Shown piece after piece: positions 1 through 11,881 of a stretch of DNA of 64,000 nucleotides. The notes below the pieces were generated by a model, which was not told the DNA's origin, searched no databases, and saw nothing but the letters and a program-made list of their open reading frames with translations. Each line of letters opens with the position of its first letter. Within the stretch, counting starts at the first letter, position 1. Source of the stretch: Iphione sp. A-MEVVRFRX5 (taxonomy: Eukaryota); the NCBI GenBank assembly GCA_976226885.1, contig OZ320318.1:68448001-68512000 (forward strand). Reading direction: 5' to 3'. The translations under genes and the position numbers were made by a program.

Positions 1-1854
1 ACAATGCTGCCGCAATGACTTCAACCAGTCGCACTAACTCCAAATGCGTTAAGATGGATGCGATAGGATGCGCCCGTACACATTCCAAGCACGTACACCA
101 ATGCTCCGCACCTTGAAAGGACACTTTCAGCAGCTCCACCTTCAGGTTATACTAATGTTCACTGCGCATGGTCCAGATATCCAGGTTTCATGTATCCTCT
201 ACGGCAATGTTAGGAACAGGGTACCAGGATACAAGGAGAAAAACACCTGTATGTTTGCATTTGCAAATCTCGATTCGTACCCATGCCCTTGAAAAGGGTA
301 TCGGGTACGAGGTCGCAAAACGAATAAGGCAGACAGCTTAATTGTTGACAAAATACGTGAACAATTAACCTTCTAAAGGCCACTTAATAGACATATTTTT
401 GCACTAAATATATCGCATGAAATAATGACAATGTCAGAGATGATAAGTGCATGAAGATTCGTTTGATGATATATACATGCTTAAAGATTTTTTAAATTAG
501 ACCGCACTCGACGTTTGGTCTCATGAAGTCCAGTCTTACGGAATTTTAAGCATGTAGCACCACTGAATTAAGGTTGATATTGGTAAATACAGTAATACAT
601 GTAATAGTAAAAGCAATAACTATGCTCCTGTAGTGATATTAGTAGAAGCCCATCACAAGCTAACACTGTGGCATAGGCATACTCTGTATCATCACGACTA
701 TGCAGATAGTATGCATTCAGAAATTTCAATCCATCAAAATACGCAGGCACCTCCAATGGGTGCTTCCCAACAAAACAAGCAAACATCTTTAATTAAATGC
801 GAACACCATCGATGTGATCTTGTAAAGACAACTAACAACCGCTTTCCATGGTCAGGCATCAGTTGTGTAATATTGAACGAGACATGTGCTCTGGGAGTAG
901 GGGAGCTCAACCTAACAATCTCGAACCCTATTTCGAGTTGTGCTTATTTTACCAAGGCAGCCGACCCTGTCTTGTGTTTCTTATCACACGCTCCATTCCA
1001 CATATAGAACGGTCTCCAACCCGAGCATAACACTCGGAGATAATTTTACCAAATCCATTATCTTCAGGTAATTAGTTCTCACGGGGATTGTTCTCTTGTC
1101 TTTCTTCGTGCTCCTCACACCAGCGCAGGAGAATGGCGCGTGTGCCATGTCGTTCTACTCGAATATCCGCAGGGAAATACGACGAAAGTAAAAGGTAAGC
1201 TGACGACCAAACTGCATGGTAACTATCCACTGTAGGCCTACGTGTAGTTAACCGCGCATAATAGGGTGCTCTACTTCTGGTTTGAAGAAATCTGTTCACC
1301 TTTAGCCTCTTTGTTATGCCTCCTTCTCACAATAAATTCGGGTAAATTGATATATATTTATAGTCCACGCTGGTTGAGTAAATTCCGCAGTCATGACCTT
1401 CTCTTCTGTCAAATAGCAAAAAGCACGTGGTATGTATTCGTCGGAGTAGAGTACACTCATCCAACTGAGAAAAATAGTAGTGAATATTGGTACCTTCATT
1501 TCTTTTGCAAAATTCCATTTGAAACTGCACTCTCACTGGATGAAAAATGAAACTAATCCGAAAGGCAAGAACGTGTCAGGTGTGGTCTTGGTGATATTCG
1601 GTGTGCGCACCTCTTGATGCCCTCCTGCCTGTCTGGGAGACGCAACCTCCAGTGGCGGGAGAAGTGAAGCGGTGGTGCTCGCGGTGGCGGCAGCGGTGGT
1701 GACAGCGATGGCGGCAAAGGCGGAGGTAGCGTGTGGTGGCGCCAGTAATCATCTGACAGCGCCAAGCCTCGTTCTCGGGCCGCGCCAGCTGCACAGCAGC
1801 CCGAGCAGCCATGACACAATAACCCCGCGTTCTGCGTGTTCAACTCGTTGGAAT

Positions 1855-1918
1855 ATGGCCGCGCCAGTACGATTCACGATGGAAACTTACGGATTGCTGC
1901 TGCTCCTGGCCTTCGTAG
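1855..1918 (+). CDS. Probable first coding exon of a host secreted or type-I membrane protein (signal peptide)
   Basis: ATG at 1855 gives MAAPVRFTMETYGLLLLLAFV(G), with a hydrophobic core typical of a signal peptide. It ends at a canonical G|GTAAGT donor (GT at 1919, phase 1) and lies in CpG-rich sequence. No downstream exon was identified. Confidence 0.5.
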
Positions 1919-2820
1919 GTAAGTGATACCCAGCCCATTTCACAGCGGCAGACTTCCGCAAGAGGTATCTGCTCTTGTTTGGAGTTGCTAGAGGCAGACG
2001 ACATTTTTCCGCAGTGTGTTTTTCACAGGTGTGAGTTTTGAGCGCGGGAGAAGAGACGGGCCACTCTCAGGCGGCTTGTGTGTCCATCCTACCGCCCGTC
2101 AAAGCCAGCCTGGATAACAACACACCAATCTTAGCTTGAAACCTGCACCGTTAATCAATAGTGTAGTCTATATAGACTGCGGTATTGATCGGAGAGTGGA
2201 CTGTTGAATGACACAGCGGCGTTTCCTTCCCAGCTTAACTGTCATCTTCCAAACGGGGGGCATTTTTCTGGAAGATGCCAGAATAACGGGGGCTGGCGCT
2301 GATGGAGACGCCATGGAACCAGGCGCAGTTGGCCTGGCCAACTGACGGAGGCAATCTGCGTTTTCTGCCTCCCGCGCTGTCTACTCCCTGTCCCTGTTCC
2401 GCACCTCATCTGACAAGCGGAGTCTTAATTTTCTAAGTTTATCCTGAACTAATTCCAGCACTTTATTTTATTATGGTCTTTACTTCTGTGCACAGGGCGA
2501 CCTTCGAGATCTAGAAGAGAGAAAGGGGACTAGGAGGCTGGGGAATGTCGTGTGTGCTAATTGGTGTTGTTTAAATGTAGCTGGAAGTGACGAAGGCGGC
2601 CGCTGGCAGTGATAGAAATAGAAGCAGGCAGTTCTGAGGCAACAAGGACGATTACACCTCAGTCAGGAACATGTTCTCCGTTTGTTTGATGCTTATACCA
2701 TCAGCCGATGTAAGGTATACGTGTGCGCATATGCGGACGAGAGATGATTGTGGTATTGACCTGGAGGGGTTAATCAAAGGCCAGATTTGTTTTATTACCG
2801 TCATTATGCTGTTGAGCTGC

Positions 2821-2821
<1 letters not shown>

Positions 2822-2884
<63 letters not shown>
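2822..2884. repeat. (CT)n microsatellite
   Basis: Uninterrupted TC dinucleotide run. Confidence 0.98.
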
Positions 2885-2887
<3 letters not shown>

Positions 2888-2989
2888 TTTCGATCTTTCC
2901 CTTCTGTCTCAATCTTTCCCCCTCTACTTCAGCCCCCCTCCATCTCCCTCTATTTACACAGTGAACAATACTCTTTAAAACGATTCTTC

Positions 2990-4250
2990 AGTTCAGATTA
3001 TCGGAAGACTGCTCGATTCATAGTCAGGCAGGCAGCGCGTGCATTATTCATCGCGCATTGTTTACGCCCGAGGCGCGAAAAGTGGCATGAGTGACGCGTT
3101 GGACATTAACAGCGACGACTGCCGCTTCCTCGATTTGCATCAGCTCATCAGACGTCGATGGTAACAACGCCGCCCCCTCCCCCCCTCCCCATCCCAAACA
3201 CCCAGCTCACTCTCTTCCCGCGCACCCAGCGAAACCGCCAACCCCTCCTCCTCAAATACCGCTCCACTCCAGTTTGACCTCGGAATCATTCGACGTCATC
3301 CGCTGAGGAGTTTGGCCGTGCAGGTCAACAAATCAGTTTCTGTCACCGCCCACTGAGCATTTGTATGGACCACGGAGGACTGGTCCGCCGCTCTCCGTGT
3401 GTCAACGGCGCTGTACCCTTTCAGAGTCCAGTGTAATCACACGGCCCTTTGTCAATTAATTACGCCGAGCGCGTTCGCCCGACCGCCTACAGTGGCATGC
3501 AGTCGGGGCGAAGCACTGTACTTCGCCATCCCGCCATCCATTGTTCAACTCGTCTAGCCCGTACTCACCCTCCCTGCTGGTTCGAGCATGTCATACCGTG
3601 GCAAACCCATGCATGATGACGCGCCCCGGCTCAAAGCCTCCAGCCCCTTTCAACCGCAGACAGAGCGGCGAAAAAACGCACTAATCCTTGTTTTTACAAC
3701 CAGCACTGCATGTCCTGGTTCCTTGGGCCTGAAACGATGAGCTGCTCTTCCTCTCTCTCCTCTCTTCGAGGTGTGAGCTCTACTTGTGTGGCTCTGCAGT
3801 CTGTTGGCGTCGTAAAAGCGACGTAAGAGGAGAGGCGCACATCCTCTAGGCGAGCGGCTCCTCCCCAATTCTGGCTGGCAAAACGGACATGCGAGCATGC
3901 CAGCTCAGGGCGTCATAATTTATGCTAAACGCTGGCGAGGAATTAACGCTAAGGCGCTTCTACGGACTCGCGCGCGACAGACTTGGGCTGCGGGTAGGCG
4001 GAAGATGAGTGGGCGGGACTGAGGTGAGCGGATTGGTGCGATAGTCAGGTGGAAGCAGTGTCGACTTGGAAGCTGTATGCTCCTTTCGGCCTGAAGACAC
4101 CACGTGAGGAAGTAATCACGTCGCATGGAGACAGGAGATTACTCAGGCGCAGGAGGAGAAGGGCCGAGACCGAAAGCAAAAACAAAATAATTATACGAAC
4201 AATAGGACAGCTACTACTACTCCCGCAAAACTTTGCTGATTTTGCATCCG
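2990..4250. promoter_or_regulatory. CpG-rich, promoter-like island
   Basis: High CpG density by eye. CGGAAG (ETS-like) at 3999-4004, GGGCGG GC-box at 4011-4016, and ATTGG (CCAAT on - strand) at 4032-4036 are clustered. Confidence 0.35.
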
Positions 4251-5324
4251 TTTAGAACCAAAACGACTGTTCGTAAAACACATTGTAGAGAAGTTATTTC
4301 CTTTAGGTTGTTCGATTAACGCGTTGAAAACACAGCAACTTGACAAGTGCGAATAAAAATCGATGCACATGAAGGAAATACTACAATGTATGCACAAGTA
4401 TACACGCAAGTAACGACTAACCCTTGATGTATAATCTTGACAAAATAAAAGTGTTCACGCCATATCTTTCTTTCTGCATACCTCGAAGGCAATTGTTCAG
4501 GTTAGACTACACCGTAGTTTCATTTGTGCGTCAGTGTGCTGCCCTATTTATCAAGTGGCTTGGGTCAATCACCTTTTAGAGTGAATTCCTAAAACCATTG
4601 TCAAGAAGAGATCTGGTAGAAATACAGCACAGCTGCCGGGCAATTATTTGTATAACTTGTTTACCATCAAGCAAAGAAGCATGAACCGGTACATAAGATG
4701 TAGTATTTTCCAATCTATTCATATTTAATATAAATTGCATAGTACTAGAAGAATGCAACAAAGAAAAATTACGCATAATTTACATCCTGCCTGCGTTTAT
4801 CAACTGAATAGTTGGTAAAGAAGGCCACTCAAGCAGCCGGTCAAGTATAATGGCCAGGTGGCTTTATGGCCTGACCGCTGACCCCATGACCCCGCCCATG
4901 AGCTATCGTCATTTTCTCACACTTCCCTTGCTCAGGACATCAGTATGCGTTGCCTGTCAGGACAATTGCATCATATCAAACATGGGCCTGCTGTTGTCCC
5001 GCAAAGGTCAACATTAACATGATAAGGTCAAAGGAAGGATGAGTCGAAGGTGTGCTCTCGGCACTTAGAGTCCACCCGTCAGGGTACACATACTCCAGAC
5101 GGCTTAACAACTTAATTGACACTAGTCGTTTGCGGCCGTGAAATTATTTCTCACATTTTTCAGTACAGGTGAGGAATTCTTTACCTCACTCTATCATCCA
5201 AATTAAACTGTTTGTCACGTCGACTAATTGACTTTATTAGGACATATTTATCGAGCCTGCAGGGGAATTTTCTTTAGGTCTCTATACTATCTGTGTGTTC
5301 ATCTGTATGTGCACCAATGAGACA

Positions 5325-5393
5325 AATCTATTTACTAACCGAATCTTTCTCACCAGTAATCTATTTATTAACCGAATACTTCTCACCAGTAAT
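5325..5393. repeat. 33-bp tandem duplication
   Basis: AATCTATTTA(C/T)TAACCGAAT(CT/AC)TTCTCACCAGT at 5325 and 5358. Confidence 0.9.
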
Positions 5394-5839
5394 AAATCTA
5401 AACTTATATCTCAAATATAAAACAGCAGCTGCGCAGCATACTGTGTGTAGATAATGGGCACATATACATGTATATGTATTCCCAAATGCAACTTGCATTT
5501 CTGTTACTCCAAAATAAATCCATCTAAACGGAGAGCCTTCTAAACTGCCTAAGATCAATTGAACAAATGTTTTGTTAGTAAAGAAAAAACTATATATTGC
5601 AGATAGATAGAGTGTGAGACACTCGATGAATCTACATGTACTGAGTTGTCTGGTCACTACCGTCACGTGAACAAATAAGGTGTGACTAGATATCCATGAT
5701 TGAAGTCGGAGGGACTCCGTAGATGCCACTTCTTTCTACCTGGTTACCTGACAGTGTTGACTCTAGGTCAGTGTTGCCTATTAATAATAGACCTAGTTAT
5801 AATAGACTAATCCCACCTTGGCCTCTGATGGAGAATATT

Positions 5840-6186
5840 AGGCCCAAAAAAATAGGTGTGTTTCTGATAACCCACCGCTACCTAGTAAAACCTCACCCTA
5901 CCTTAAAGTTTTTTGAAACCATGGAGTCTCAAAGGCTGAATTTCCTTAGATATGTGTTTTCATGATGTATATTTTCAGTAAATGCAGTAGAAAAACAACA
6001 AAATTCATAGAAATTCAATAAAAAAACTGTAAGACTTATGCAAATGGGTCAAAATTCTTCATATTATCTTTATTATTATTGAAAATCAGAGGAAGAAAGT
6101 GTAAACAAATTCAGAAAAAAAAGATACCCCCTTCCCAACCTAGGTTTTTGGTTGGACATTACCAGAGACACACCTTTTTTTGGCCT
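5840..6186. mobile_element. Non-autonomous DNA transposon (MITE) with ~30-bp imperfect TIRs
   Basis: Left end AGGCCCAAAAAAATAGGTGTGTTTCTGATAA; reverse complement of the right end AGGCCAAAAAAAGGTGTGTCTCTGGTAA. AT-rich interior. A second left-end copy lies at 53082. No clear TSD. Confidence 0.7.
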
Positions 6187-6681
6187 TCCCTAAATCTTTG
6201 AATAATAGTTCTATGCCCAATAGCTCTGGTCTCCTATGGAGACCGACTTTGTTTTTAATGCATAGTAAGATGTGATGGGCTACACTGACACCCCTCGCTG
6301 CTATGCATATTTTTTTTCTTGCACATTGTTATGTCACAGCTCCACTTTATGACTGGAATATGTTGATGTGAGCAGCACTGGACTTATTATCTGATGTCTA
6401 AAATATACTATCATTACTATGTATCATGAGTAGTATACTATCTCAAGACATGGACCACCTAAAAATGGTACTTTAACATGTTTTAAGTATACATGTATAC
6501 TCAATAAAATAGATAAGTTCAAAATAGCTACTAGTACATACATTGAAGTCGCAAATCATAGTGGTAGTCAAGTCTTGGTTATATCCTGTCAAATTAGACC
6601 TATGTAGAAGACCAAAGAAAATTTGTCTTTGACAAACTATATACACATATTATATGCTAAGCTGTATGTATCTGCTGTTAT

Positions 6682-6742
6682 GTCCTGGTTATTTTTGCAA
6701 CCAGGACCCACAACCAGAACTGGTTATATTTACAACCAGGAC
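6682..6742. repeat. Two tandem palindromic units
   Basis: GTCCTGGTT-atttttgc-AACCAGGAC followed by CTGGTT-atatttac-AACCAGGAC. Confidence 0.75.
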
Positions 6743-9700
6743 ATTACCCATTTTTGAACGTCCATTTTACCTGGTTTTACACAGATAAAATAAACGTTCG
6801 AAAGCGATGTCCTGTGCAGCTTTAGCTCCCATCTGTGATGTACACTAATGTAGGCCTCTAATGCAAACAATACATCTCTCGATCTGTAGCTCAAACCCCC
6901 CCTCCCCTCTGGGGGCCGCCTGGTCAATATGGGTCGCCGAGACTAATGTTCTCTGATCTCATGACAGTTATGGACGCCAATGAAAACTGGTGGTTCGCCT
7001 TTAGGTTCACTCCTGGATGTATGATTCACAACCTTGTATCCAACAGTTATAGATATTATTTTAGAGAGTATCTCACATGTATATCTATAGTTGTCTGGTA
7101 GGGTGCATACTTTCACTTTATAACGAGTAAGGAACAAGTAATTCAGTATGTATAACCCACTATCACATAATTGCTATCCTAAACTAGGAAGCACGATCGA
7201 AATAGTAGCTATCCAACGTTAAGTCTCCGTCCCTGAGAGACACCATCATCTCACGCCTCCCTTTCGCAAACTCGCCTCTCCACGTCCTCTCAACCCCATT
7301 ACGATTCAGCCCCGAACCCTAAGCCCCTGATTCTGTGATTTGCGCCGGGACACAATGACAAAGTAGGACAGGATCAATGGCATCGACCATGTACTGCCTA
7401 CAATCAGGTCCGCGTCAGTGTGTAAGCGGCTACTCTCTCTCACACAGACACAGGGTTTCTATTACCAGTACCATACTAAATGTGTGTAACATTCTCTCAG
7501 ACCGGCGTCGTTATTGCCGGCCTTCTTTGATCACAGCATCCGCGTGCTTTTACAATTCCACCGGAAAAAGCCGACAAATATAATTGAAATTGTCCCCTAG
7601 ATTCCCACTTTTGGGCTGGTAACTGTAGGGAAGTGAATGGTTGACAGACCATGAACTACGTGATCTTCGCTACACTATATGACACATGTATGATCAAGTC
7701 GTCCGGGCGAATGCTCATTATCCCACTGACCGAGTACTTCCCACGGTGACACACCCCGGAGGGACCTAACATCATCCAACTGACAAGGTTGACAATAGAC
7801 GAGCCCTGGTTTCGAGTGCGGTGATTACTAATATTAGCATCAATTGTTTATAGCAGTTTTATCAGTAACCACAGGCCAAACACTCCGACACACAGTGGTC
7901 AACGACGCTACTGTCATCATGACCCACTCTGTCCTCTGGCTTCAGTAGTCGGGGTCACCTGCCACATCAATGCCACAAGAACTCGCGCACTCATGTATAC
8001 TAAGGTGTTTTTCATGTCCTTATCTCCACCTGCCCATCGTAAGAGCTTCGTTTGCCCTCTTCGTTCTTCAAGAGTCTTTGTCTCGAACTCGTTGGGTTTC
8101 TTTCTTTTTTAGTGTTTTTTTTTTGTCCTCGGCTGTCCTCCAGACTCACTTGTTCTCCCTACTTAAGTTACGGTTTGTTACCTGAGACTGCCATTCCAAG
8201 GTAAAGTTTCCACCGCTTTTCTTTGATCAGTTGTTCTTTTTCTGTCTCTCATTTTCCTTTTGCAGTTATCCTGTCACCCACAGCATGAAATAATTTTAAT
8301 TCTGGATAACAACAAAGATACATGTCCTCATGTATTGAGGTATTTGTATCCAAGCGATTCTTATTGTTATTTGTGCCAATCCAGTGCGCCCCGTTGTGTT
8401 GATGTTTATGTCTCCTGATTAAGTGACATGATGATATCTGCACAGTCGAAGTTCCAGTGTATCATGGACAAAACAAAAAGCTTTTTCTGTAGAATGCGTT
8501 ATTCGTGATGGCAGATTGAGACGGTTAGCGCTAAAACTCATTCCATAACCAACTCGCACAATGGCCTGCTGGCCCCACGGACAATTTAAGCAGGCCGCTT
8601 TCTCCTCCAGAGATTCACGTCAGCTTTACAGACAAAATCGCCTGAAAATACGTTGTTTTGGACCAGCTATAAATTAAGTGACCCATCCAGATCATTAGGA
8701 GCGATAAAGAGTTGAAGATAAATTGTCTCCATTCATGAAAGTGTGAGTTGTGTAAGGTGGTTATAGAGTGCGTAGATAATCAGATATCTTCTGATGGCCC
8801 ATATTCACTCTTACTCTGACACGTGAGAAACTGAAAATTCCCGGTATTCTTTTCCTATATCATGTCCTGAATCTGGCCACAAAAGATTAGCCGGTGTTTG
8901 ATACGTTCTTTTCACACACTACTTCTTTAAAATGCCAGGCCCGGATTTAGTTTACTCTCTCCTCCTCTCGATTTCACTCTCTGTACGTATCCATTTCACT
9001 GTCTCTCCTATAATCGTCGGCCGCCTTTCACTGGACAAGAAAACCGCCAAGTCATCTCATTAAAGAAGTGAGTGACAAGGAGTAAGTTCACAATGAATGG
9101 ACACCATGGCTTACACAGGCGGTCGAATCTCTTGATTCCCATTTCCCTCTGACACCCAGCAACGGTTAAGACCTCTAAAGTGGAAGGATAAGAGGAAGTC
9201 AGTGCGCCGGGATTTGGATTTGACCACGGTGTGTGTGTGCGGTGTGGGAATGCCGAGTAGTGGTCTCCTATATGTGAATAGAGGCGGCTTGCGAAGCCTG
9301 TCAACTGAAGGCATGGCTGGTCTTTCACAGGGCTTCCCCGCTTTGCTGTCAATCTTCCCGACGGGGCTGGGATTGGGGTGGGACCGGGGGGTGGGGAGGG
9401 GGCGTTTGTTGAAGTGGATGGGGTGCTGGAGCTGGGAGGTTTTACGAGAGAAGCAGGAGGCAGCGGTCAGCTAAGGGGATCGATATTCCGGCTGTCGCCG
9501 CTCTCACTGCTAAAATCTATCCACCACCACAGTCTTTGTGGCCGACTAAACCGTAGAAGGTATTGACTTAAACCAACAATGCACTGAGATGCTGTGCGTG
9601 TCTCCGCTTTCAGGCTCATAGACTTCATTCATTCTCCCCCCCCCATCAGAAAAAAGATAAAAGTATACCAAAAGTAATAAGTTTGAATGAGAGCTTAGTT

Positions 9701-11180
9701 TTTAATCATACGCTGGCGCTGCAGAATATACATGGTCTAGCTTTCAAGTGGAAAACCTTCAAAAAAAAGTGGCTCAGTGTTTCACTCAAAAACTGCATTG
9801 CACGTACATGTAGTGGAACCGCCCAACGGTTGTTGCTAACACTTAGACGCAACGGATTATGATGGACAGGTGTTTAAGGGGCCTCCTCAAGCTACGGATG
9901 GTTCTAATCCTGACAGGTGGGGCCGCCTCCTAATGATGACTGAGGCGTGGGCAATTACATGCACTTTACCTGGACGAATTCGGATAGCAGGGTACGTAAC
10001 TAAGGGTTCCGGACAGGCACGACAGGTGGAAAAATGTGGGATTAAGGACCGCCCTGTAAACCAAACCCCGTTAGGTGCCAAGTCCAACAATCAGTTGCCG
10101 TGGCAACCAATGAACGGGGCGGGAACGGTCATACCTGGCCGCCTACATCAACAGTCTACCCTGTCAGCTTTCTTCAGTGACCGGTGCACCTAGCAGCATC
10201 AAAAAAGGGAAAAAAAACACTTACCGTGCACAATTGACTGCTGAGAAGGAAATATCTCTTTTTCCACTGTTATCATTTCCCCTTAACTAATAGTAGGAAT
10301 AATGCGCCATACATGCATGGATCTATATGCCGATGTCCATGCACGTCATACTGCCTACGTCCCTTATTATAGATGCCTAATGGTACCTAAACAAAACCAG
10401 CATTGGCTATACATTTCCTCCTGTGTTTATTTCAATAAGTAAGGGTTCCAACTGGCAACACTCAGCATATCCCGCAGTCACAAACTAATCTGTGTTGCAA
10501 ATGGAAGTCCCTCGCAACTTTTCAGTACTTATTAACAGAAGTGGGAGAAGAATGATACCTTTGGCAGATTGGGCCAGTAACAATACCAATGTATTTCATA
10601 AATAATTAAGAACTACTAAGTGGATTTCCATCTGCCAATATTTAAAGTTCAGTCCAGATAGCTGTACTTGTATGTAGAACATTTCCTTTTTCAAGATAGT
10701 AAATTGCTACTACTCTTTTTGAGATATAATTCCACTTGTATTTTCTTAGTACAAGAAAATAATCGTAATACGTCGTATCATTCAAAGGGTGAGCAAAAAA
10801 TTATATTCGCATTGTAGATAGAAATGGTTCTTGCGTCATGTACAAAATGACTTCTTTGTTATGATAAGAAACGCACAAAAGCAAGAAACTAAGAGGGGAA
10901 TAACTGGTTTCAGTGAGATGCGAAACTATATGTATGTGTTGGAAACGCTGACCTGTCGCACTGTAGCAAAGAACTAAAGAATCCAACATCGGCAACTTCT
11001 GCGCAGTTACCATTACTGACACCTCATTTCATATATATAAACACATGCACTCGCAATGAAACGGAACTACTGAAACCGATAATGAATATCATATATGTCA
11101 TGCAAGAGGACGTCACGGAAATATGTCTGTACGTGAGCAAACTTACTTATATTCCATTTCTACATTTTTTCAAGATATTT

Positions 11181-11603
11181 CTACGACCTGATACCTTTAT
11201 TATGTAGGTCGGCAGTTGATTTTAAACTGTTACATTCAAGTGAACCTTGCTCAGGTTTGAAATTTATCAGCTGATCTTTACCAACTGATAATTTCCTTTC
11301 TAGACAAGATAGAGACTTGTGCTTGCTATCAATAGAAAGGCCTCGACGGGACCTTTCATATGAGGTGTCATACGTCTTGATATCTATATTATGTAGGTTG
11401 GCAGTTGATTTTAAACTGCTACATTCAAGTGAACCTTGCTCAGGTTTTAAACTTATCAGCTGAACTTTACCAAGTGATAATTTCGTTTCTAAACAAGATA
11501 GAGACATGTGCTTGCTATCAATAGAAAGCCCTTGACAAGACCTTTCAGATGATGTGTTATACTTCCTGATGTCTTTAATATGTAGGTCAGCAGTGAAATA
11601 AGT
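11181..11603 (-). CDS. Hypothetical protein or exon with a 63-aa tandem repeat
   Basis: The - strand frame is open across all repeat copies (TADLHIKDIRKYNTSSERSCQGLSIDSKHMSLSCLETKLSLGKVQLISLKPEQGSLECSSLKS, then a second copy). The antisense + frame contains three TGA stops. The period is a multiple of 3. Confidence 0.45.
   Translation of the reverse strand, partial: TYFTADLHIKDIRKYNTSSERSCQGLSIDSKHMSLSCLETKLSLGKVQLISLKPEQGSLECSSLKSTANLHNIDIKTYDTSYERSRRGLSIDSKHKSLSCLERKLSVGKDQLINFKPEQGSLECNSLKSTADLHNKGIRS
11201..11592. repeat. 189-bp tandem repeat, about 2.1 copies
   Basis: TATGTAGGT anchors at 11201, 11390 and 11579; the copies align along their whole length with substitutions. Confidence 0.92.
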
Positions 11604-11881
11604 TTATGTTGAATGATACAAAGTGAACTTAAATTCTTTTTATGATAATCTATTTTATATTTGAAATAAATAATGCAGTATCTGTTTTACTAATATGATC
11701 ACAATCAATAAAGAAACATAAAGCATTTAGCATATTGTATATTTCTTTCTAGTATTGCACAACCTCACCAACATGTGACCACAGTATGTGTTAATGACAT
11801 CAGCATTATTATTAACATATTCCTGATGTTGACTAGATATAAAAAGAAGTGACATCAACAGTTAACTTAATGTTCTGCACC

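Noticed and set aside
2652-2978. ORFs with SLSLSL/ERERER tracts (also at 28013-28271 and 29389-29684)
   Set aside because: These are translations of CT/GA microsatellites
9008-9471. Pro/Ser-rich open frames on the - strand
   Set aside because: Explained by the G-rich low-complexity tract; no domain motif and only weak splice signals
11201-11592. CRISPR-like or satellite interpretation of the tandem repeats
   Set aside because: No repeat-spacer alternation or cas genes; the context is eukaryotic
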